Source: Antedon mediterranea (lineage: Eukaryota; Animalia; Echinodermata). From it: a stretch of 64,000 nt of DNA. The stretch is from contig NC_092672.1 of NCBI RefSeq assembly GCF_964355755.1, forward strand, positions 35,718,437 to 35,782,436, written 5' to 3'. The notes beneath the pieces are model-generated. The model was not told the origin of the DNA and made no database searches. It worked only from the letters and a program-made list of their open reading frames with translations. The translations under genes and the position numbers were made by a program. Every line of letters starts with the position of its first letter. Position 1 is the stretch's first letter. This document shows, piece by piece, positions 55,340 to 64,000 of the stretch.

Positions 55340-56977
55340 ATGGATAGTAATAATAATACTAACCCGCCGAAGGAAAAGAAAATGGTTGAGTTGGATAACA
55401 GAGTTGTGGAATACAGTTTTGTGGAACGCGCATTGAAAGACCGTTGCTGTTGCGAACGTGCATATCGCACGTATTTACATCATGGACCAAACTGTACGCA
55501 ACATGGAAAACGCCAAACATCACCTACAACTGAACGCGTCAAACTACCCAGCAAAGAGGACGCGGTCATAGATAATACAGGAGTATCCGATAGAAAGTTA
55601 GCATTGGAGATTGCAAGATTGGAGAAGGAGTCAAAACAACAAATGAAATTGCTTACGAGAGAAACAAACGAATTGCGTAAAATCGGACGCGATGCCAGAC
55701 GATGTAGTATGAAAACAAAATGTATCTGTCCTAATAAATTGGGCGGGAAACTTCCCCCAATAAATGGACCTCACGACTGTTCACAGGAGAGGTCTGGAAG
55801 TAGTATGAGTTACTCGTCTGAACGCGGACGACCGGTATCTCCAAAATGGAAAAAACAGTTCTCGACTGATAGTTTGATCAGTTATAATAATCAACCATCA
55901 CAAGATAATCATTGTAAATCTAGCCAGAGGTCGTCGTCATCGACGCAGAAACTTCATCACTCGAGTAGTCTTCCTGATACGCTAAACGTAGGCCCTTCAA
56001 TCACGGTAGAAGACACTTGTACAAAAAAGGTAACCACTGTTCTAAAAATCACAGACGATAATGATTTCACCAGTCATGCTCACGAACATCGTCAACGATG
56101 TACTGGGCACGTTGACTGCCATTCTAAGACGGCCGTAGAAATCAATCATCTCTATAACCGAAGAGCACGAACACCAGAGCAGTTAAAACGTTATAAGAAC
56201 ATATGCCATCTTATCAGGCCAAATATATCGCATCGAAAAACGTCTCCTAATCGATTAGGTATTGAACCACCAAATCACGTTCAATCACGAAACAGAGGTT
56301 CCTTGGACCCACGGTTTCAAAGACTTGAATCTGTATTGGTGCCAAATAAGGCACCGGCGCCAGTGCAACGCCAAGACGCAGAGGATTGTCCTAACAAACC
56401 TCCTGATCCTGAAATCGGAAATTGCCCAACACCAAACGAAAACAACGTGGAACATACTTTAGAGAAATATCTTCTAAAAAGCTCGTTAGGTTTTAAGGAT
56501 TCGATAAGACCGTCTTCAACAGGGCGGAATCAGTCAACAACAAATTTGGCGGCAAATCTTGGTGAAAAATCTTGTCTGACTATCAGAAAAGATACCGAGC
56601 AACAAAGACCATATTCAGCGAACTTGTTGTACCGCGGTAAACGCGTTGGAAGCCCACGATTTGACATCGATGTCGGTGGATCACACGAGGAAGATATAGG
56701 CCTAGTACGAAGATCAGCGTCACCCGGGATGAGTATCAGTTTACAGTCATCCGATGGTAACGCAAAGTCGAGTTTGAAGAATAAACGATGTTTAATGAAG
56801 CGTCAAAAGGCGCAATCGTCGCCCTGTCAGTTAGGAGGACATAGCCCTAGAACTGTTAAACGCGTTTCGTTTAAAACTACCAGTTTATGTGACGAGAGTA
56901 CACGTGATCTGGAAAGTAATGCGTTAGCCCTTCCATCATCGAGGAAACAAGATAGAAGTAGATCGAATACGCACTAA
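55340..56977 (+). CDS. Uncharacterised intronless 545-aa Ser/Arg-rich protein with a CCDC190-like coiled coil
   Basis: Long open frame in AT-rich DNA with coding-like composition. RKLALEIARLEKESKQQMKLLTRETNELRK resembles the CCDC190 coiled coil (tentative); also contains LDPRFQRLESVL. Confidence 0.8.
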   Translation: MDSNNNTNPPKEKKMVELDNRVVEYSFVERALKDRCCCERAYRTYLHHGPNCTQHGKRQTSPTTERVKLPSKEDAVIDNTGVSDRKLALEIARLEKESKQQMKLLTRETNELRKIGRDARRCSMKTKCICPNKLGGKLPPINGPHDCSQERSGSSMSYSSERGRPVSPKWKKQFSTDSLISYNNQPSQDNHCKSSQRSSSSTQKLHHSSSLPDTLNVGPSITVEDTCTKKVTTVLKITDDNDFTSHAHEHRQRCTGHVDCHSKTAVEINHLYNRRARTPEQLKRYKNICHLIRPNISHRKTSPNRLGIEPPNHVQSRNRGSLDPRFQRLESVLVPNKAPAPVQRQDAEDCPNKPPDPEIGNCPTPNENNVEHTLEKYLLKSSLGFKDSIRPSSTGRNQSTTNLAANLGEKSCLTIRKDTEQQRPYSANLLYRGKRVGSPRFDIDVGGSHEEDIGLVRRSASPGMSISLQSSDGNAKSSLKNKRCLMKRQKAQSSPCQLGGHSPRTVKRVSFKTTSLCDESTRDLESNALALPSSRKQDRSRSNTH

Positions 56978-56989
56978 TAGGCCTACTAA

Positions 56990-57168
56990 AGCGTGGTTCC
57001 CACTAGCGACGCAACGCAAGGACGTAACGCAACGCAAGTGAATTGACCAATCACAAGCGATGGCTTATTCGCTTGTGATTGCTAACTGTCTATAACTTCG
57101 CTTGTCATTGGTTAAAACGCTTGCGTTGCGTTTACGTCCTTGCGTTACGTCCTAGTGGGAACCAAGCT
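56990..57168. mobile_element. Young Harbinger-type MITE
   Basis: TAA|AGCGTGGTTCCCACTAG ... CTAGTGGGAACCAAGCT|TAA with internal ACGCA repeats; partial copy at ~36353-36430. Confidence 0.85.
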
Positions 57169-58086
57169 TAAGAGACCCGCAAAGAGATCATATAGAGTAG
57201 ACCAATTCCTTCAATTGTGTCAGCAATTTAATTATTTGATTTTATGTAAATATGTAAAAATATGCGAGGGCTAATATGTTTGCAGATAGGGTCTCATTAA
57301 TAATACAGTGGACCTATACATTTTATAGGTTCATGATGATACAGTGCTGCTGAGCAATGACACTACGCATCATCCGTATATTTTTCTCTCGAGTACATTT
57401 GCTATCATTTTAAATATCTGGTCCTCGCGTTTCGCACAAAACACTTACGTCACACGTGAAGCATTACTGTAAAGGACTATATAACCACTGTGTGCTGTAT
57501 TATTAATATATAAATATCGTTAAATCGTTAGTATATTTTTATAACATCATTTTATCATGTATTTTGGATGAATATAGACCGGTTTGTAATTTTGGCAGAG
57601 TGTGGTATAGCAAGGTATAATATAAAACGATTAAAACATGTTTTTTTGAAAATGTTATTTCGTTCAATGATTAGTAGTAGTCTTGCTTCCACAAATGAAA
57701 AGGCTACTATACACTAAAAATCAGTATCGTGCCAACATAGCTATTGTTGCTGTTGGTCCCTCCATCTCCCTGTTCAGACCACACAAGGTAATGACAACAG
57801 TGGTACGATCCTAATACGCTTTTGTCGTAAATTTCATAATTAAGCCTATATGATTGTTTGTCGGCAGTCCAACACAATCATTCCAGTTTGATTGCTGAAA
57901 TGACTTATTTTCAGTATTAATTGCTGTCGCGTTCTCTTTATCGGCTTCTAATCATGATCTTTGCTATTTTCTACCTGTGAAAATGTGTCCGTTTAGGAGA
58001 TAATTGGACCCAACTACTACTCCCGACAATGACCTAATTGTAACACCAAAATGTGACGCGACTACTGTAGTTGTCATTTATTCAAG

Positions 58087-58255
58087 CAATAGAGATATCT
58101 TAGTTTTGAATAAAGATATCTTAGTTTTGAATAGAGATATCTTAGTTTTAAATAGAGATATCTTAGTTTTAAATAGAGATATCTCTATTAATAGAGATAT
58201 CTTAGTTTTAAACCATGGAGGTATACCTCCATGTTTAAACTAAGATATCTTATTT
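58087..58255. repeat. 21-bp tandem repeat (AATAGAGATATCTTAGTTTT(G/A)) ending in a CATGGAGG micro-palindrome
   Basis: About 6 units, then TTTAAAC|CATGGAGGTATACCTCCATG|TTTAAAC at 58214-58233. Confidence 0.85.
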
Positions 58256-59319
58256 CTGAATAAATGACAGCTTAGCGCGCCATACGTGATGGTGCTGACG
58301 TATGTATTTCAGTTTTAAAATCTTCGCAATGTATTTAGTTGTTATGTTATTGCTTTCTCCTCTCTCAGTTTTTCATTTTTCCTAATTTCTAAAGCGGTTA
58401 TTACGATATTTAAAAGAAATTCTGTTTCACACACCTAAGCCCAACTTATTTCTATCTCGGTTTTTGCACCTGCTTCGCGGCGCGTCTTATTTGTGTCTTC
58501 TCGTTATTGTCTGCTAGAGGTTCATCATCAGTGCAATTAATCACAGAGGAAATAAATAAGATTTATCTTATTATTCCCCTATTTCTTAATAAATTCACAA
58601 TTGATTGTTACGTAACGTAAATATCGCGATAATGCGTTTAAAATCGTTTATCACTTCGTAATCTTTTTTTCAGATTCTCAGTGGAACCACTGTATCTATA
58701 ATTATCAAACTAGTTTAACGAAAAAAGTGTGATGTGCCCAACTAATATGGTAGTGATATGCCCAAATGATATGGTAGTGATATGATGTCATCATGTCCAT
58801 ATATTTTTTTCTCACATAAACTTTGATAGTGTAAACAGAGCTTTAATTGTGAGACAATGTTTCTATAGTTATTTTATTCTCTCTGTAGAGACTGGCTTGT
58901 CATGAGAAGTAGCTGAACACCTATCAATGCTATGGCCACCTCACAATAAATATTTATCCAAATAAATAAAATATCTAAATTTAGAAAAATAAAATATTAA
59001 ATCCAGCAGTAGACTAAAGGCTCGTCCAATCTCATCACTATGGCAACCGCAAACAGTACACAACTTTTTCGCTCATAAATTCTTCATCGTTAATGATTTT
59101 CCTCCTTTGAGATTCAAAAGTGATCTATCAAGATTTTTTGAGACAAGTGAACACCTGCCGACGCCTAAACCCATTGCTTGCAGGTAAGACGGTAGCCAGT
59201 CGTCACAAAGCCTATACTAATCAACACTGTTATAATATACAAGTCATCTGTACTTAATATGGTTGGCTTTAAAGATTTCAAATCGACAGGTTGTTGTTAT
59301 GCAAGTAAATGACTTGCTT

Positions 59320-59800
59320 TGGGGTCAACGAAATTTCGACTAATTTACACAATTGAATATTCATGACATTTATGATAATTACATATCATTATTTGTTGTT
59401 ATTTATTTTATTTAAATTATTGCCACTTTTCATCTATTTTAATTTATGTACAGTGCATTGAGAGCATGCTTATGTGCTATATAAGAATGAACTATTATTA
59501 CTTCAGTGGCTAGCTGGGGTCAACAAAAGTTTGACTAATTTACATAATTGAATATTCATGAAATGTATGAAAATTACATATGGATATAATTTTTTTTAAT
59601 GAAATTAAAGGTGACTAATTTACATAATTAAATATTCATGAAATTTATGATAATTATAAATGGATATCATTTGTTGTTATTCTAGTAAGTTACTTCATTG
59701 GCTACCCTGTGGGGACTAGGTTAATAAAATTTGATTAATTTACATAATTGAATATTCATGAAATATTTGTGTTTGTCAGGCTGTTCCAATAACTATTGTT
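59320..59800. repeat. Dispersed/tandem repeat containing GACTAATTTACATAATTGAATATTCATGAAA
   Basis: Four copies here; 59609-59800 is duplicated at ~61546-61725. Confidence 0.75.
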
Positions 59801-60226
59801 TATTGACACTCATATTCATTGGAAAAAGTACATTTTATTAGAAAAAAATGATATTTAATAAGCAATATTTAGTTACTTTAATAATATAAAGAGCAGATAT
59901 AGACAGAGCCAGCGATAAAATATTGATATGTTTATCTTAGATGATTAATCTTTACAATACTCAATAAAATTGTTAGTGATTAAAATTTAAAATTATATAA
60001 TGTAAAAATATTGTTTAGCATCCAATAGGAGATAATTCTATATTTATAATTTTTCTCACTTTCTCCTTCTTTCTGGTACTAAACTTTAAGATATGAAAAG
60101 CTTTTGTGAATAATCTACTATATAAGGCATCAAAGGTAAAAATATGAAAGGCAAATATTGCCATAAATTCAATATAAAGTACATATTTAACTTGTTAGTA
60201 TTTTGATGGGAGACCATCTTGGAATA

Positions 60227-60409
60227 CAGTGGCCGTATTCACCAATCACACTTTAGGTTAGATATTTCCCTTAAATATTAGGTATTTCACTTAACTCAAT
60301 AAATATTAAGTACTTCACTTAACTTAATAAATATTTAAGTATTTCACTTAACTTGTATTCTTATTTTCTTAATTTTAAGTATTAGTGTGAATGGTGAATA
60401 CGGCCACTG
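60227..60409. mobile_element. Harbinger-like MITE (CWG flanks)
   Basis: TIR CAGTGGCCGTATTCACCA.TCACACT; internal CACTTAACT repeats. Confidence 0.75.
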
Positions 60410-60525
60410 GATTCTGTGTTGTTTTACACATTCATATGAACATCGGTCCCCGCATAGGGATCTTGTTTGTCATAGGGTACACAATAGCATTAGTTTAATA
60501 TCAATTCATTTTTACCATGGATAAG

Positions 60526-62951
60526 TTAATAAATCTTCTTATCTTGGACCCCTTGTAGATTCCAGCGCGCCCTCCATTCATCGGGACATAATTGCGTCGG
60601 CTCCGACTTCCAACCGGCCATCTCTAAATCTTTAAGAAAACGTGGAAATAGATGATCGGCAACTCTGGCAGAGAGTCGTATAACTTCCCACGTCTCTGAT
60701 TTTGTCATACTCTTTCCTGAAATAAATTATTAAAATATTATTATTATTATTATTTATGATGATGATGATGATAAAGATGATGATAATAATGATGAAGATG
60801 ATAATAATGATGATGACAATGATAAAGATGATGATGATTATGATTTATGATCATGGTGATAATGATGATTATTATGATGATTATCATTTACGATTATGAT
60901 AATGATGTCTGATGATAATGATGATGATAAGATTATGATGACAATGATGATGATGATGACAATGATGATGACAATGACAATGACAAAGATGATGATAATG
61001 ATGATGATAATAATGATGATGATGTTGCTGATGATGATGTCAAGATAATGACGATGACAATTATTTTTACCTTTTCTTATGTATTCAATTAGCTCTCCTT
61101 GCGATTGGTCCTTGAGTAATACTGTTGGTGTTCCCTGAAAATAAATGTTATCAATTAGAAAAAAACAAAACAATTATATATGCTAAAATTTATTTTAGGT
61201 ATTCCAAAACCCGGTCTTTGATTATAAATTACGAAAATCAACCGAAAGTGTGTAAGATTGTGTACGAATCTTACTAGATCTACGTTGTGATAGCTTTTGC
61301 AAATACAACAAAGCAAACAGTAGGTTAGTAATAGAGTCATAATAAAGATTTATTACATGATACGTGAGCATGTTTGTTACTCTCTATTGCCTTCGCAGTC
61401 TATATGGCGCGTAATATACGTTTGACCTAGTTCTATATAATAAATCTACAAATGTTAGCCCACATTAATGTAATTGGTTTCAATTTATTTCCAGTTTGAG
61501 GAGGACGCACAAATAAATAATTCTTCTGGATGATAATAAAAGAAGGGTGACTAATTTACATAATTGAATATTCATGAAATTTATGATAATTATAAATGGA
61601 TATCATTTGTTGTTGTTATTCATTGGCTACCCTGTGGGGACTAGGTTAATAAAATTTGATTAATTTACATATTTGAATATTCATGAAATATTTGTGTTTG
61701 TCAGGCTGTTCCAATAACTATTGTTATTATTATAACTAGCATGTTTGTTACTCTCTATTGCCTTCGCAGTCTATATGGCGCGTAATATACGTTTGACCTA
61801 GTTCTATATAATAAATCTACAAATGTTAGCCCACATTAATGTAATTGGTTTCAATTTATTTCCAGTTTGAGGAGGACGCACAAATAAATAATTCTTCTGA
61901 ATGATAATAAAAGAAAAATATCGACAAACATTAGAAACATGGTGATTGGGTGGATCAATAACGCTCACAAATATTAAACCAGCAGATGTTTTTCTGGTAG
62001 TTATATCGGGTTAGCGAGGATGCAGTTGTGTTAGATGAAAATTGATTTTCTTTTCCTTTAAAGGAGTGTTGTAAGTAATACAAAAAGATAATAAATGTTA
62101 ACGTAGCGCATTTAGAAATAATATATTATCGGTGTGGATTATAAGTAAATACTAACATTAAATACAGTAAAAATAATATATATATATTTTTTTACCTATA
62201 GCAGCAATTTTATTAATTTTTTAAAGTAATTTTAACCAATTTTATACATTACGTATACATCATTATTGCTACAAAGTTGTTATATTACCATAGCAACACA
62301 TCATTATTAAATGGCCTATGCTCTATATTTAGACACAATATTTTAAATACTGTACAAAAATGATTATTGCTACAAAGTTGTTATATTACCATAGCAACAC
62401 ATCATTATTAAATGGCCTATGCTCTATATTTAGACACAAAATTTTAAATACTGTACAAAAATGATTATTGCTACAAACTTGTTATATTACCATAGCAACA
62501 CATCATTATTAAATGGCCTATTAATAATAACAAACATCTGAATGTGTGTAAAACTAACACAACTGAAAACCTGAAATAAATGCCAGAATTTGTGTATTAT
62601 TCTGTCTTACAAAAGCAGTTTATATCTTGACATTTGACAATTATCACTGAATTCTTTATAATTTTGCAAAGCTGTTGCTCTAAGCGGTAAAAAAATGCTA
62701 ATGTGTTAGAAAAAAATGATATTTAATCATCTTATCATGGTCAATCAGTCTGTTGAAATGTCAAAATAACGAGCATCCTATTAAAGGCTATTTTTAGATC
62801 TGTGTTTTGTTCAACAAATTGATTAGTACAACTGCTAGATATGCTGCTTATTGCTTAATAAATAATATTTTTAATGTTATGTGTACTTTATGATGAGACC
62901 AGGGTACCAAGGATCAACCCTGTCAAATCTCCCCTCACCCCATCTTAATTT
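60526..62951 (-). CDS. 3' exons of an unidentified spliced gene extending beyond the window end
   Basis: Exon 61134-61071 (GTPTVLLKDQSQGELIEYIRK) splices in phase to terminal exon 60716-60526 (GKSMTKSETWEVIRLSARVADHLFPRFLKDLEMAGW...CPDEWRARWNLQGVQDKKIY*). A probable upstream exon 62951-~62887 (KLRWGEGRFDRVDPWYPGLII) needs an intervening exon to stay in phase. Confidence 0.6.
60736..61060. repeat. (TAT)n/(GAT)n microsatellite filling an intron
   Basis: Imperfect trinucleotide run between the two exons above. Confidence 0.95.
61367..61915. repeat. Local direct duplication (~180 bp x2)
   Basis: 61367-61545 is nearly identical to 61738-61915. Confidence 0.9.
62262..62521. repeat. 101-bp tandem repeat, ~2.6 copies
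   Basis: ATTATTGCTACAAAGTTGTTATATTACCATAGCAACAC... at 62262, 62363 and 62464. Confidence 0.92.
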
Positions 62952-63635
62952 CTATAAAAAAAAAAGATGCTGTGGTTTTTTAATCAGAAATGATCAGTAT
63001 TGTCCCCCTGAAAAATAATTCTTTTTTTTTAAATATTTCTTTTGGTTGAATATGCCATTTTACCTAATAGTCAACCAATGTGTTTTTGGTTGAATTTAAA
63101 CATTTATTTTGTCATTTTATATACAAACATTATTTTTATCCTTTTTTTTTCTACGAAAGTGATTAATTTTATTAAAACTACACAAATCTATTGAAAGTCT
63201 GATTTTATTAATCTTATTTTTCATGTTTTTGGGGAACAATACATCTTTAATAATCAAATGGAATTAAAATACTACGTGACCACATAGTTAGATTTTGTCG
63301 TCATACATTGCTGCTTAAGAATGACTTAACCTTGGTTTATAAAACGATTCAGAAAATGTTATAATTATAATGAACTTGAGTTATCTATTACGAGATTTGT
63401 TCATACGTTGATGTCGTCATTAAATAACGATCAATCAAGTTCATCCAAAACGTATGTGCTAATCGTATCTTATTTCATAAACAAAACACTAAGTTAAATT
63501 GTATTGATTTAATCACATCACTTTTTAAAGGTTATTGAGATGAAATAATTTGGTATTATAGTCATGATTTATTCATATGCATTTATAATTCATCATAAAT
63601 ATATTTTACATATAGAGTATACAGGTGTTTAAATT

Positions 63636-63995
63636 AGCAATTTGCTGAGCCCTGACAATTAACTGAGCCCATGACAATTAACTGAGGCTCTGATAATTAA
63701 TTGAAATCCTGGCAATTAGCTGAGCTTATGGTAATTAAATGAGCCCCAGTAATTAAAATGAATCACTAGGCATTAAATAAGCCCCTGGAAATTAAAGGAG
63801 CCTCTGGCAATTAAATATGTGGTATTACGAAATATTTAAATATAGAGTATATTATGTTTAATTGCCAGTCAAACTGGCAATTAAATATGCCACTAGCAAT
63901 TTGCTGAGCCCCTGGCAATTTGCCGAAACCCCAGTAATTAATTGAGTCCCTGGTAATTAAACTGAGTCCCTGGGAATTAACTGAGCCCCTGGACA
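63636..63995. repeat. ~19-20-bp degenerate minisatellite
   Basis: (G)CAATTAACTGAGCCCCTG variants, ~18 copies. Confidence 0.88.
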
Positions 63996-64000
63996 TTTTC

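Noticed and set aside
59005-59183. Plus-strand open stretch ending in a good donor (CAG|GTAAGA)
   Set aside because: No recognisable peptide, weak acceptor and no partner exons found.
60838-61173. 111-aa poly-Ile ORF
   Set aside because: Read-through from a real exon into a (GAT)n intronic microsatellite.

Overview
This is AT-rich eukaryotic (invertebrate deuterostome-like, possibly echinoderm; inference) genomic DNA with spliced genes, so most ORFs in the supplied track are spurious or exon fragments. Genes from left to right: the 5' part of an SLC43A1/2 (LAT3/LAT4) amino-acid transporter (-); a complete 16-exon SSRP1 (-) with a 12.4-kb last intron; a complete 13-exon HPD (+) divergent from SSRP1; C19orf53/UPF0390 (-); an intronless 545-aa ORF (+); and the 3' exons of an unidentified gene (-). 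Introns and intergenic DNA are dense in transposon remnants: a ~4.5-kb foldback Academ-like element with an XPG remnant and a nested 8-bp-TSD element, hAT-like elements with 5-bp and 8-bp TSDs, ~20 copies of a Harbinger-type MITE, a Helentron-associated element, Deu-domain and CORE-like SINEs, and minisatellites. The most striking signal is a family of 17-33 bp CA...TG micro-palindromes, each flanked by a 7-bp direct repeat, which resemble P-element excision footprints.
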